Positions 50,343 through 60,841 of a stretch of 64,000 nt of DNA are shown one piece after another. This stretch comes from Coraliomargarita sp. GTDB taxonomy: Bacteria > Verrucomicrobiota > Verrucomicrobiia > Opitutales > Coraliomargaritaceae. A program made the translations under genes and the position numbers. The stretch lies in the NCBI GenBank assembly GCA_965216325.1, contig OZ244160.1, forward strand, positions 544,001-608,000, read 5' to 3'. Below the pieces are notes generated by a model that worked only from the letters and a program-made list of their open reading frames with translations, did no database searches and had not been told where the DNA came from. The stretch's first letter is position 1; each line of letters begins with the position of its first letter.

Positions 50343-51734
50343 ATGGCTAATCGCAGCATTCCGACAACTTACGAAAAAGCACTTTCTCTCAATCTCGATA
50401 ACGGCACTTACGGTGTGTTTGCTGAGATTGGCGCAGGGCAGGAAACCGCCAATTGGTTCTTCCGTGTCTCAGCCAGTGCGGGCACTGTTGCTAAGACGAT
50501 TTCGGCCTATGATATGACGATGAGCGATGCGCTGTATGGCAAAGCGCAGCGCTACGTTTCTCAGGAACGTCTACACTCCATGCTCGAGTATGAGTATGAT
50601 TTGTTGGAGCAGCGTCTGGGCGAGGCGCGCGGCAAAGATACGACCTTCTTTTCCTTTTGTAATACGGTGCGCGCACGCGGCTATAAAGATACCGCAGAAT
50701 GTCACGGCTGGCTCGGGGTGCGTTTTCAGTTAAAGCCTCAGACCGAGCCGGTAGAAATTGTGCTGCACGTGCGCTTGCTGGACGAAACCAATGCCGAGCA
50801 AATGGACGCACTTGGCAAGGTCGGCGTGAATTTGATTTATGCCGCATTCAACTACCGCGAGAGTTTGCAGAATTTCGTCGAGTCCTTGGCAGATGATCTG
50901 GCGCCTCGACGCATTGAGGTCGACATGCTGCGCTTTAGCGGTGAGGGCTTCCGATACGTGGATAATCGTCTTTGCGCCCTGCAGCTAGTTCAAAGCGGCC
51001 TGACCGATGCGGCGATGTTCAATGAGGCGGGCGAAGTCGTGCAGGCGGCAGATGCGCTGTATAAACGTCCGATTTTGCTGTTGCGGGGTAGTTTTAATCC
51101 CGTGCTGAAGCTGCATTTGGATATGATCCGCCAGGCACGTAGCGTGTTCTCCACCGGCCTGAGTGGGGCCGAGCAGGAGCGCTCGATTGAACTGTGCGAA
51201 ATCAGCACCAACAATCTCTTGCGCGATGGTGAGCTGGATCACGAAGACTTTATTGATCGCGCGGATGCCTTGCAGGCGCTTGGCAAAACGGTGCTGATTT
51301 CAAGTAGTGCGGAATTCCACCGAATTGCCACTTATCTGAGCCGCTATACTGCAGAGCCAATCGCGATTATTCTAAGTATTGGCCTGCTCAATGAGCTGTT
51401 TAAGCCAAAGTGGTCGGCCAACCTGCCGGGTGGTATTCTGGAATCCTTTGGCCGTCTGTTCAAAAACCGTGTGCAGCTCTATGTCTACCCATGGCACAAC
51501 ACCAAGAGTATGGAGTTGGTCACTGCGGAGAACTTCAAGGCGCCAGAGAATTGGCAGTATTTCTATCGCCACCTGTTGCAGAATGAGCGAATCCGCACGG
51601 TTGGAGTGGGGGATCCGTCACTTCTGGCTAAAACGGGACGCAAGATTCTTGATGAAATCCATGCCGGTAAGCCGGGCTGGGAAGATTGGGTGCCTGTCGA
51701 GGCGCATGAGATGGTGCGCCGTAAACACGTCTAA
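50343..51734 (+). CDS. Conserved protein with a nucleotidyltransferase-like C-terminal domain; function uncertain
   Basis: YGVFAEIGAGQE..WFFR...AGTVAKTISAYDM..SD; LRGSFNPV...H. Confidence 0.65.
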   Translation: MANRSIPTTYEKALSLNLDNGTYGVFAEIGAGQETANWFFRVSASAGTVAKTISAYDMTMSDALYGKAQRYVSQERLHSMLEYEYDLLEQRLGEARGKDTTFFSFCNTVRARGYKDTAECHGWLGVRFQLKPQTEPVEIVLHVRLLDETNAEQMDALGKVGVNLIYAAFNYRESLQNFVESLADDLAPRRIEVDMLRFSGEGFRYVDNRLCALQLVQSGLTDAAMFNEAGEVVQAADALYKRPILLLRGSFNPVLKLHLDMIRQARSVFSTGLSGAEQERSIELCEISTNNLLRDGELDHEDFIDRADALQALGKTVLISSSAEFHRIATYLSRYTAEPIAIILSIGLLNELFKPKWSANLPGGILESFGRLFKNRVQLYVYPWHNTKSMELVTAENFKAPENWQYFYRHLLQNERIRTVGVGDPSLLAKTGRKILDEIHAGKPGWEDWVPVEAHEMVRRKHV

Positions 51735-51768
51735 TACCGAATCGATCAGGGGTTGGCCTAAATGCCAC

Positions 51769-51854
51769 CACCTCTCCTTGCCAAGAAGGAGGGTCTAAAA
51801 AAGCTCCTCTCCTGCTAAGGGGCGGTCATCCCGCTCCGCAGGATGGCAGGGGTG
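51769..51854 (+). repeat. CCCCTCC-family multi-hairpin repeat, intergenic copy
   Basis: CCTCTCCTTGCCAAGAAGGAGGG...GCTCCTCTCCTGCTAAGGGGCGGTCATCC...GGATGGCAGGGG. Confidence 0.7.
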
Positions 51855-51884
51855 TTTCGGATCATACCGGAATAGCACTAACTT

Positions 51885-51980
51885 AAGCGATTGAACTGAA
51901 GAACGTAGGGGCGTTGCTTGCGACGCCCGCCCGAGCCAAAGCCCTCTCTTCGTGAACGGGCTTCGCAAGCAAAGCCCCAC
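51885..51980 (-). repeat. GTAG-type REP doublet (family 1), inverted copy of 19086-19182
   Basis: AAGCGATTGAACTGAA..CGTAGGGGCGTTGCTTGCGACGCCC...GGGCTTCGCAAGCAAAGCCCC. Confidence 0.8.
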
Positions 51981-52070
51981 AATGATACGGATAGCCACGG
52001 TTATTATCGCCTTAAGTCAGGGCCATTCGAGGCATCGCTTTTTCACTATGTTATAGAAACTCTCTTTCCC

Positions 52071-52096
52071 AAAGCGGCCATTAGGCCGCTTTTTTT
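52071..52096 (+). terminator. Intrinsic terminator-like hairpin
   Basis: AAAGCGGCC ATTA GGCCGCTTTTTTT. Confidence 0.7.
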
Positions 52097-52211
52097 CTCT
52101 AGAGGCTGCCGTTGAGCTGCAGTAGGGCCTGGCATTTGAAAAGCGGAACTTTCCGGTTATTCTATGTTATTCCACTTGACCGGCTCATGTCTTTGTTTAG
52201 ATTTTCTAATT

Positions 52212-55200
52212 GTGAATAAGCGAGATATTAGCCCTGCTGCTTGTATGTCTGATGCAACCGAGGCGGTTGCATCGGTTGCCTACCGCGCCTCTGAAGTCAT
52301 TGCAATCTACCCCATTACTCCATCTTCGGGCATGGCCGAAGTTTGTGACGAGTGGGCCTCTGCCGCTCGCCCGAATATATGGTCGGATGTGCCTGAAGTT
52401 GTTCAACTCCAATCAGAAGCCGGTGTTGCGGGGGCCTTGCATGGCTCACTGCAGGCGGGTGCACTGGCCACGACCTTTACGGCATCGCAGGGGCTCTTGT
52501 TGATGATCCCCAATATGTATAAGATTGCGGGTGAATTGACCCCATTCTGTATGCATGTGAGTGCGCGTGCGCTGGCGACGCATGCATTATCGATTTTTGG
52601 CGATCACTCCGATGTGATGGCCTGCCGCCAGACTGGATTTGCGATGTTGGCATCCAATTCAGTGCAAGAGGCTCAGGACATGGCTTTGATTGCCCATGCC
52701 GCTACCTTGAAGACGCGTGTGCCGTTCCTTCATTTCTTCGATGGCTTCCGCACTTCGCACGAGATCAACAAGATCGAGCCACTGGACAACTCGGTGATTG
52801 AGGCGATGATTGCGCCTGAGGAAATTGCACGCATCCGGGCGAATAGCCTGTCGCCGGACCATCCGACGATACGTGGCACTGCACAAAACCCAGATGTGTT
52901 TTTTCAGGCACGTGAGGCAGTCAACCCATTTTACGATACCTGTGCGGATGATGTAGAAACTGCGATGAATCAGTTCGCAGAACTGACCGGACGCCAGTAT
53001 GCGCTCTACGAATACGCTGGGGCCGAGGATGCCGAGGAAGTCATCATTATCATGGGCTCCGGAGCAGAGACTGTGGAGCAAACCGCAGCTCATTTGAATG
53101 GCTCAGGCCGTAAGGTCGGTGTATTGAAGGTGCGCCTCTATCGTCCACTGGATTTGAAGCGCTTGATTGCAGCTTTGCCGAAAACCGTGCAACGCATTGC
53201 CGTGCTTGATCGTTGCAAAGAGGCGGGTGCTCTGGGTGAACCGCTGTTTTTGGATGTGGTCACTTCAATCGAAGAGGCACGTCAGACTGGACTGGTGGCC
53301 GATTCATTCTGCCCAACGATTGTTGGTGGTCGCTACGGCCTAGGCTCCAAGGAATTCACGCCGGCAATGGTCAAGGCGGTCTACGAAGAACTTGCTTCGG
53401 CGAAGCCGAAGCGTCGTTTCACCATTGGTATCGTCGACGATGTATCCGGTTTATCGCTACCGATTGATGATGCATTCGACATTGAGAATGAGGACGTGGT
53501 CCGTGCGGTGTTCTTTGGTCTCGGTTCGGATGGCACTGTGGGTGCCAATAAGAATTCCGTAAAGATCATTGGAGAGGGCACATCGAATTACGCTCAGGGC
53601 TATTTTGTTTATGACTCGAAGAAGTCGGGAGCGGTGACGATCTCGCACCTACGCTTTGGCCCACAGCCGATTCATGCTCCGTATTTGATTAAGAATGCCA
53701 GTTTTGTGGCCTGCCATCAATCGCAGTTTCTGGATCAATACGATGTGCTGGATTTAGCAGCACCGAATGGTGTCTTCCTATTAAATTCGATTTACGCAGC
53801 TGATTCAGTCTGGTCTGAGATGCCACGCACTATTCAGGAGGCGCTCATCGAGAAGCAACTCAAATTCTATGTGATCGATGCTTATCAGGTGGCACGCGAG
53901 GCCGGTATGGGCGGGCGGATTAATACCATCATGCAGACCTGCTTCTTCGCGATCTCAGGTGTCCTGCCAAAGGATGAGGCGATAGCCAAGATCAAGGAGG
54001 CGATTGAGAAGACCTATGGTAAAAAGGGCCCGGAGGTAGTGCAGAAGAATTTCGCGGCGGTTGACCATACGCTCGCAGCCTTGGCATTGGTTGAAGTGCC
54101 TGCCGAGGTGAGTTCTACCCGCGAGCGTCCACCTGTGGTTTCATCCGCAGCTCCCGACTATGTGCAGCGAGTCACTTCTGTGATGTTGGAAAATAAGGGC
54201 GACGCTCTGCCCGTGAGTGCTTTTCGTCCGGACGGTGTTTGGGATGTCGGCACTAGCAAGTGGGAGAAGCGCAATATCGCACAAGAGGTTCCGATCTGGG
54301 ATCCTGCTGTGTGTATCCAATGTAATAAGTGTGTTCAGGCCTGCCCGCACTCAGCGATCCGCTCGAATTTCTATGATCCGGTCGCGTTGGCGGGGGCACC
54401 TGAGGGCTTCCGTTCGGTCGATTTCAAGGTGCGTGACTTTAAGGGCTCGAAGTTTACCATTCAGGTGGCTCCTGAAGATTGCACGGGATGTTCGCTCTGC
54501 GTTGCGGTCTGTCCGGCGAAGAACCGTTCGAATCCACGTGAGAAGGCGATCAATATGCGTGAGCAAGCGCCTCTGCTGGATACGGAACGCGCGAATTATG
54601 AATTTTTCCTCGATCTGCCGCAGCCGGATCGCCGCGCTCTGAAGGACGATGTAAAATTCACGCAGTTTAAGGAGGCACTCTTCGAATATTCAGGTGCCTG
54701 TGCGGGCTGTGGTGAAACACCGTATATTAAGTTACTCACACAAATTTGTGGTGACCGCTTGCTGATGGCAAATGCCACCGGCTGCTCGTCGATCTACGGT
54801 GGTAATCTACCGACGACACCCTACACCTGTAATAGTGACGGTCGTGGCCCCGCGTGGGCCAACTCCTTGTTCGAGGACAATGCGGAATTCGGTCTCGGCA
54901 TGCAGGTTGCAGTTGAGAAGCAACAAGCCATTGCACTGGGTATGTTGCAGTCGCTCAGCAGTGAACTCGATGCGGATCTGGTGAAGCAACTGATTGAAGC
55001 TGACCAATCCGACGAAGCTGGGATCGCGGCGCAGCGCCAGCGTGTCGAGCAACTCAAAGTTGCTTTGCATGCGATCAACAGTTCGGCTGCGAAACGCCTG
55101 CTTGATGTGGCTGACTATCTGGTTGAGAAATCAGTCTGGATTGTCGGTGGCGACGGCTGGGCCTATGATATTGGCTTCGGTGGTGTCGATCATGTGCTTT

Positions 55201-55796
55201 CCTCTGGGCGCAATATCAATATCCTCGTGCTGGATACAGAGGTCTACTCCAACACCGGCGGTCAGCAAAGTAAGTCCACGCCGATTGGAGCGATCGCCAA
55301 GTTTGCCTCCGGTGGCAAGGCCGTTGGTAAGAAGGACCTCGGTCTCATTGCTATGAATTATGGCAATGTGTATGTGGCGAAGGTTGCGATGGGTGCCAAA
55401 GACACCCAGACGGTCAATGCGTTCTATGAAGCGATGCGCCATCCGGGCCCTTCCTTGATCATCGCTTATAGCCATTGTATTGCGCACGGTTATAATCTGT
55501 CCGCTGGATTCGAGCAGCAGAAGCTCGCGGTGAGCACTGGTGCATGGCCATTGTATCGCTACGACCCAAGCCGTGGCGAAGTTGGGGAGAATCCACTTAA
55601 GTTGGATTCGAAAGCGCCGAAGGAGCCGCTCTACACGTATACGGACAACGAGGCGCGCTTCCGTATGCTGAAACTGAAAGATCCTGAGCGCGCCAAGGAG
55701 CTGAAGCAGACCGCGCAGGACTTTGTTGACCAGCGCTATGCACTCTACGAGCGTCTCGCCAAACCCTACGAAAAGCCTGAACCCGACTCGGAATAA
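52212..55796 (+). CDS. nifJ: Pyruvate:ferredoxin(flavodoxin) oxidoreductase (start approximate)
   Basis: YPITPSS, two CxxCxxCxxxCP motifs, GACAGCGETPY, GGDGWAYDIG, YSHCIAHG. Confidence 0.96.
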   Translation: MNKRDISPAACMSDATEAVASVAYRASEVIAIYPITPSSGMAEVCDEWASAARPNIWSDVPEVVQLQSEAGVAGALHGSLQAGALATTFTASQGLLLMIPNMYKIAGELTPFCMHVSARALATHALSIFGDHSDVMACRQTGFAMLASNSVQEAQDMALIAHAATLKTRVPFLHFFDGFRTSHEINKIEPLDNSVIEAMIAPEEIARIRANSLSPDHPTIRGTAQNPDVFFQAREAVNPFYDTCADDVETAMNQFAELTGRQYALYEYAGAEDAEEVIIIMGSGAETVEQTAAHLNGSGRKVGVLKVRLYRPLDLKRLIAALPKTVQRIAVLDRCKEAGALGEPLFLDVVTSIEEARQTGLVADSFCPTIVGGRYGLGSKEFTPAMVKAVYEELASAKPKRRFTIGIVDDVSGLSLPIDDAFDIENEDVVRAVFFGLGSDGTVGANKNSVKIIGEGTSNYAQGYFVYDSKKSGAVTISHLRFGPQPIHAPYLIKNASFVACHQSQFLDQYDVLDLAAPNGVFLLNSIYAADSVWSEMPRTIQEALIEKQLKFYVIDAYQVAREAGMGGRINTIMQTCFFAISGVLPKDEAIAKIKEAIEKTYGKKGPEVVQKNFAAVDHTLAALALVEVPAEVSSTRERPPVVSSAAPDYVQRVTSVMLENKGDALPVSAFRPDGVWDVGTSKWEKRNIAQEVPIWDPAVCIQCNKCVQACPHSAIRSNFYDPVALAGAPEGFRSVDFKVRDFKGSKFTIQVAPEDCTGCSLCVAVCPAKNRSNPREKAINMREQAPLLDTERANYEFFLDLPQPDRRALKDDVKFTQFKEALFEYSGACAGCGETPYIKLLTQICGDRLLMANATGCSSIYGGNLPTTPYTCNSDGRGPAWANSLFEDNAEFGLGMQVAVEKQQAIALGMLQSLSSELDADLVKQLIEADQSDEAGIAAQRQRVEQLKVALHAINSSAAKRLLDVADYLVEKSVWIVGGDGWAYDIGFGGVDHVLSSGRNINILVLDTEVYSNTGGQQSKSTPIGAIAKFASGGKAVGKKDLGLIAMNYGNVYVAKVAMGAKDTQTVNAFYEAMRHPGPSLIIAYSHCIAHGYNLSAGFEQQKLAVSTGAWPLYRYDPSRGEVGENPLKLDSKAPKEPLYTYTDNEARFRMLKLKDPERAKELKQTAQDFVDQRYALYERLAKPYEKPEPDSE

Positions 55797-55848
55797 GCCT
55801 AAGATCTGACTTTAACCAATGAAGCAAAACACCACCCCGCCTGTTAGG

Positions 55849-55930
55849 CCCCCTCCTCATCAAGGAGGGGAGTCTTTTAGAAACTCCTCCCCTGCTAAGG
55901 GAGGTCATCCGCTTGTCGGATCGGAGGGAG
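55849..55930 (+). repeat. CCCCTCC-family multi-hairpin repeat, intergenic copy
   Basis: CCCCTCCTCATCAAGGAGGGG...CTCCTCCCCTGCTAAGGGAGGTCATCCGCTTGTCGGATCGGAGGG. Confidence 0.8.
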
Positions 55931-55962
55931 ATACACTAAAGCCATTCTGAGATACCATTGCC

Positions 55963-56958
55963 ATGCAGTTAGAAACCAATTACCTCGGCCAGAAGCTAAA
56001 GCATCCTTTGATCGTTGGCGCCTGCCCATTGTCTGACGACCTTGATAAGGTGCGCGCGTGCGAAGACGCCGGCGCGGCTGCCATCACCATGTATTCACTG
56101 TTCGAGGAACAGATCGTGCACAATACGGTTGGTGCTGAAGCGCATATCGATGCGTATGAGAATTCGTTCTCTGAGGCGGCATCGTATTTTCCGAATGTTG
56201 ATTTGTTCGATTTAGATGTGGATACCTATCTCGGCCAACTGCAGAAGGTGAAAGATGCGGTGGATATCCCGGTAATCGGTTCGCTCAACGGCACACGCGA
56301 AGGGGAGTGGGTGAACTATGCAAAGCTGATTGAGCAAGCAGGTGCCGATGCGCTGGAGTTGAATCTTTATTTTCTAGCGACTGACATTGATGAAAGTGCA
56401 TCTGACCTAGAGGACCGCTGCATTCGTATTGTTGAGTCGGTGAAGGACAAAATTCAGATTCCATTGGCGGTGAAATTGTCACCGTTCTTTACAGCACTCC
56501 CACAGTTCGCGACACGACTTGCAGTTGCCGGTGCTGACAGTCTGGTCTGTTTCAATCGCTTTTATCAGCCCGACATTGATACGGACGAGCTGACGATTGA
56601 GCCGCGCTTATTATTGTCCAACTCCACTGAGCTTCGACTGCGCTTGCGCTGGTTGTCGCTCTTGCGCGAGCGTGTGGACACGCAACTCTCTGTCTCAGGG
56701 GGTGTGCATACCGGAATCGATGCGGTCAAAGCAGTGATGGCTGGTGCGGATAGTGTTCAGCTGGTCTCAGCTCTATTGATGAATGGCCCCGATCATCTCG
56801 GCGATGTTCTCACTGAACTGAAGCAGTGGATGGAGGAGAAGGAATACCAAAGTATCGATGAACTGCGTGGCTGTATGAGCTACTTGCGTTGCCCTGATCC
56901 GGAAGCGTTGGAACGTGCGAACTACTTGCGGATTCTGAAGAGCTGGCGTTCGAATTAG
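55963..56958 (+). CDS. Dihydroorotate dehydrogenase-like flavoprotein
   Basis: T.YLG..LKHPLI, GADALELN, VKLSPFF, FNRFYQPD, SGGVH, ERANY. Confidence 0.85.
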   Translation: MQLETNYLGQKLKHPLIVGACPLSDDLDKVRACEDAGAAAITMYSLFEEQIVHNTVGAEAHIDAYENSFSEAASYFPNVDLFDLDVDTYLGQLQKVKDAVDIPVIGSLNGTREGEWVNYAKLIEQAGADALELNLYFLATDIDESASDLEDRCIRIVESVKDKIQIPLAVKLSPFFTALPQFATRLAVAGADSLVCFNRFYQPDIDTDELTIEPRLLLSNSTELRLRLRWLSLLRERVDTQLSVSGGVHTGIDAVKAVMAGADSVQLVSALLMNGPDHLGDVLTELKQWMEEKEYQSIDELRGCMSYLRCPDPEALERANYLRILKSWRSN

Positions 56959-56981
56959 CGTAGCTGAACTCTGAATACAGG

Positions 56982-57062
56982 GTAGGGATCGTTATTCTTA
57001 ACGATCCGTCTAGTTATAGAAGCCGTTCCGCCATTCGGCGCGTTAAGGATAACGCGCCCTAC
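56982..57062. repeat. GTAG-type REP doublet (family 3); related arm at ~22817-22844
   Basis: GTAGGGATCGTTATTCTTAACGATCCG...CGGCGCGTTAAGGATAACGCGCCCTAC. Confidence 0.75.
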
Positions 57063-57066
57063 CGCA

Positions 57067-58071
57067 TCATTTCTGCTTCTCCCTGAGCTGCTCCTCAAGG
57101 TTGACTAGGTCGCGTGGGAATTTGCTGCGGAAGCGCTTGGTTTTACCGGTTTCCGGATGGATGAAGCCAATTGTGGATGCGTGCAGTGCTTGACGCTTGC
57201 AGCCATAGGGTTGGCCACCTTTGCCTTCGGTTGCCTTGATGAAGTCCGGGTGGTAATGGCGGTCTCCCAGCAGTGGCACGCCGGCACGAGCGGCATGGAT
57301 ACGAAGTTGGTGCTTGAGTCCTGTTTGCAGGCGCAGACGAAGGCGGCTGATACTGTGCTGTTTACCATCCTTCGTTGGCCACGAAATTTCGTCGACCACT
57401 TCATAGCGGCTAACCGCTTCAGTCGCACCTTCGGTTGGCTCGTCGAACACAGCTTGATGCATTCCCTGGTCGTCGAGCTTGAACCAACTGCGCCAAGTGC
57501 CTTTTCGTTGTTCGAGATGACCGTCGCCAAGCGCCAGATATTCGCGTAAGAATGTGTGCTCGCGCACTTGCTTGACCAATTTCTCACGCGCTTGAGGATT
57601 CATTGCAAAGCAGAGCAGCCCGCTGGTATATTGATCGAGTCGATGGACGGGTAGAGGGGTGAGCTTTTTGCGGTTTACGCGGTTGCGGTCCAGTTCGGCC
57701 GAGCCTTTCCCTTGAAGGTAGTCGTCGAGTAACTTAAGCGCGGAGATTTGGTCTTTCTCGGGCAGGGGCACTGAGAGCAGGCCAGGCCCTTTGTTGACGA
57801 TCGCGAGTGAGCTGTCGATATATAGCAGATTCAGCTGGGCGTGGATGCGCGTCGGCATGCTCTTAAAGAAGATCTTCGCCGCAGGGTTGGGCTGGCCCAT
57901 GCTGAGGCGCTCGCCAGGATCTGTGAAACGCAGGTGATGCTTAAAAATGACTTCACCGTCGAGTTGGATGCGGCCTTTGGCGAACCACTCTTTTAGGCGC
58001 TTCTTCGGGCTGTCCGGGTATTGTTCGGCCAGCCACTCCAGCGCGGTCTTTTCTTCTGCGTTCTCAGTCAT
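57067..58071 (-). CDS. RluA/RluD-family pseudouridine synthase
   Basis: VNKGPGLL, VHRLDQYTSGL, TGLKHQLRIH, GDRHY, QALHA. Confidence 0.9.
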   Translation of the reverse strand: MTENAEEKTALEWLAEQYPDSPKKRLKEWFAKGRIQLDGEVIFKHHLRFTDPGERLSMGQPNPAAKIFFKSMPTRIHAQLNLLYIDSSLAIVNKGPGLLSVPLPEKDQISALKLLDDYLQGKGSAELDRNRVNRKKLTPLPVHRLDQYTSGLLCFAMNPQAREKLVKQVREHTFLREYLALGDGHLEQRKGTWRSWFKLDDQGMHQAVFDEPTEGATEAVSRYEVVDEISWPTKDGKQHSISRLRLRLQTGLKHQLRIHAARAGVPLLGDRHYHPDFIKATEGKGGQPYGCKRQALHASTIGFIHPETGKTKRFRSKFPRDLVNLEEQLREKQK

Positions 58072-58146
58072 TGCACCGATCATCGGCGAGCAAATGGCTG
58101 AGTGCAATGCTACGCTTTAGCAATCGAGGTCGTGTGCGTCTTGTGT

Positions 58147-59256
58147 CTAGCCATTCGGTAGAATGCAGAACACATGTGGAATGTTTTGCACACTGTTACG
58201 CTGAAATTGCAGTTCGCCAGTTGCTTGGTCGATTGCGAAGACGGCGACGGTGTTGGAGTGGGCACCCGCTGCGAAGAGCCAACGCCCGCTGGCATCCAAG
58301 TTGATATTGCGTGGCCAACTGCCGCGAATGGGTTCGACTTCGATCACGCTCAGTTCACCGGTTTCCGGATTGGCTCGGTAAGCAGTGACACTGTCATGCC
58401 CGCGATTGGCGGTGTAGACGAACTGACCACTTGGATGTACGAGAATCTCGGAGGCGGAGTTGTAGGATTCTTGAGCTTTGCAGTGTTCGCTCAGGCTTGG
58501 AGTGGTGCTCTGTCGTTGGGTGGTTCCTGCCGCAGCATCATATTTGAAGGTGGTGACTGATAAACTGAGTTCGTTTAAGAGATAGATGAAGTTGCCATCT
58601 GCAGAGAATTTCATGTGGCGTGGTCCTGAGCCGGGCAAGGCGGGCACGACACCGTGCGGCTCGATGCCCGAGTTGGTCACATTGACTTTGTAAACGACGA
58701 TCTCGTCGCATCCTAAATCGGGCACGAAGGCAAAATGTCCGTCGGGCGAAAAGCCCACCCAGTGTGGATGGGGACGGTTTTGGCGTTTCGGGTCCACCTT
58801 GGATCCGCCGCGATGTTCTAGGAGTTGACTGCGCGGGCCGAGTTTGCCGTCAGCTTCGATTGGGAATACGGCGACGGAGCCACCGCCATATTGAGCGGTC
58901 AGGAGAAATTGGCCAGATGGATGCACCGCAATGTGGCAGCCAGCTCCGTCGCCGATTGGCTGAGAGTTCAGCGATTCCAGTGCCCCATCCTCTACTATTC
59001 GGTAAGCGACAACAGCGGGCTCTGGATCGGGAGTGGCAACCGCATAGAGTGTTTTACGGTCGGGGCTGAATGCGAGGAAGCCCGGCGCATTGACTTCGGT
59101 AGCGAGACGAATGTCGGTGAGCGTGCCTTTGATCGGGTCGAACTCGGCCTGATAAATACCTGCTGCCGACCTTCCTCCAGTGCCGAAATAGAGATCAAAC
59201 GCATGCAGCGGGAGGGTGTAAAAAAAGAGCAGAGTGAACATCCATGGTGTGCGCAT
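58147..59256 (-). CDS. Lactonase family beta-propeller (6-phosphogluconolactonase-like), exported
   Basis: AQYGGGSV, PHPH, PDLG.D, GSGPRH, ANRGHDS, WPRN. Confidence 0.88.
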   Translation of the reverse strand: MRTPWMFTLLFFYTLPLHAFDLYFGTGGRSAAGIYQAEFDPIKGTLTDIRLATEVNAPGFLAFSPDRKTLYAVATPDPEPAVVAYRIVEDGALESLNSQPIGDGAGCHIAVHPSGQFLLTAQYGGGSVAVFPIEADGKLGPRSQLLEHRGGSKVDPKRQNRPHPHWVGFSPDGHFAFVPDLGCDEIVVYKVNVTNSGIEPHGVVPALPGSGPRHMKFSADGNFIYLLNELSLSVTTFKYDAAAGTTQRQSTTPSLSEHCKAQESYNSASEILVHPSGQFVYTANRGHDSVTAYRANPETGELSVIEVEPIRGSWPRNINLDASGRWLFAAGAHSNTVAVFAIDQATGELQFQRNSVQNIPHVFCILPNG

Positions 59257-59304
59257 GGTCGCTCACTCTGCGGTGGTTGTGCTGGGATGCAATCGATTTG
59301 TCTT

Positions 59305-60564
59305 TTATGCAGCCTCGGTCATGTGGAGTTGCTTGAGCACTTCCTTGAGGGTCTCGCCCGAAGCAGGGAGATTGCCCAGCACACTGTCGTGGTGGCTGAG
59401 TAGCCACGAGGCCGTTGCGTCGGAGGCAACGATGTGGTGGTCCAGATCGAGGCGACGCTTCCATTCGCCTAAGCAGTCGGCGTTGTAAGCGGCGAGGCGG
59501 AATTGGCGCACTTCGTCGCTCGTGTCGGTGCTGAGATGATCGACTAGATCTGCGGCTTCGAGCATTCCGGCATTCATACTCATGATGCCGCCGGGGTGCG
59601 TCATGTGCGCCGAATCTCCGGCCAGCCAGATGCGGCCCTTACCGAAGTTCTCGGCTAAGCGGTGCTCGAAGTGCACCATCATACGCCAGTTGATCTGTTC
59701 GACACTGCCGTGGAACCAAGGAGCATGCTGATCCAACAGCTCACGAAGGTGCTTGCGATTAAGCTCGGGCAGGTCCGTGCGACCACGACTGTATTGACGG
59801 TGGTCTTTGTCGATCGAATCGGCGTCGGCTGAATTGCTGACTTGGAAGCTGAAACGGCAACGTCCTCCGGGTAATGGCCAGAAGATGTGGGTTTGCTCGT
59901 CGTCGATGATGATACGCATCTCCCCAGAGAGCATGGCGTCGGTTTTGAACTCAAATACAGCATAGTCTTCACTCGGGCTGTATTCGGGGAACTCGATGCC
60001 TGCGCTACGACGTGCATTGGAATCATGACCGTCGGCACCGATGATGTAGTTGGTCGAGTATTCGAAGATCTTGTCGACCTGCATGTCGATGTAGGCAACG
60101 GCATAACCGGTCATGCCTTCCATCAGGCGATCCACGGTTAAGTTCAGGCAGGTTTCCCGTTCTTCGATGATACGAGCGCGGTGGTTCCAGAGCGGTTTGC
60201 GACCTTTCTTGGCGAGTGTTTGAACCAGAATATTTTCGAGTTCGTCTTGGCCAATCACTGCGAGGAAGGGATACTTCACGGGCAATTGACTGTAGTCGAC
60301 CAGTGATTTCGGCTGGTCGGCCTCATAGATGGCGACCCGCTGGAGTTGAATGGATTTTTCCAGCACGGGCTCGACGATGCCGAGTTTGTCGAGCAGGGCT
60401 AGGGTTTCTGGGTGGAGTGCGAGCGCATAGCTATGAGTGTTGGTGCGTTGCTCGCGGTCGATTAGTACGTAGTCCATATCGCGATCGGTGAGTGCGTGGG
60501 CTGCGGTCAGTCCTACGGGGCCCGCCCCTAGAACCATGATGTCGGTTGTTTTCTTATTGAACAT
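59305..60564 (-). CDS. FAD-dependent monooxygenase (PheA/TfdB-like)
   Basis: GAGPVGL, IGADG..S..R, LAGDSAH...P.G...MN.G. Confidence 0.85.
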   Translation of the reverse strand: MFNKKTTDIMVLGAGPVGLTAAHALTDRDMDYVLIDREQRTNTHSYALALHPETLALLDKLGIVEPVLEKSIQLQRVAIYEADQPKSLVDYSQLPVKYPFLAVIGQDELENILVQTLAKKGRKPLWNHRARIIEERETCLNLTVDRLMEGMTGYAVAYIDMQVDKIFEYSTNYIIGADGHDSNARRSAGIEFPEYSPSEDYAVFEFKTDAMLSGEMRIIIDDEQTHIFWPLPGGRCRFSFQVSNSADADSIDKDHRQYSRGRTDLPELNRKHLRELLDQHAPWFHGSVEQINWRMMVHFEHRLAENFGKGRIWLAGDSAHMTHPGGIMSMNAGMLEAADLVDHLSTDTSDEVRQFRLAAYNADCLGEWKRRLDLDHHIVASDATASWLLSHHDSVLGNLPASGETLKEVLKQLHMTEAA

Positions 60565-60841
60565 GACCTCTGTGTGTTGAAGTTGTGAAGTTGAGTGGCT
60601 GCATTGTTCGCTTTCGCGCTATCACTAGTGTATCCCATAAGTGCTTGAGGTCAAGGGTATTTGGCCTCCGTTGCAGGGCGGTGCACTGCTGGTTCGTCTG
60701 CAGCTACTGAGCCATTGAGCTGATCCAGACTACGGGTGAGTGCGCACTAGAGACTGAGGAAAGACGGAGAGACTCAGCACCGCAGACCGAGGCAGAAAAA
60801 ACGGAATTGTCTTGCCCGCTGAAACCTCGTTTCTTGGGCCT

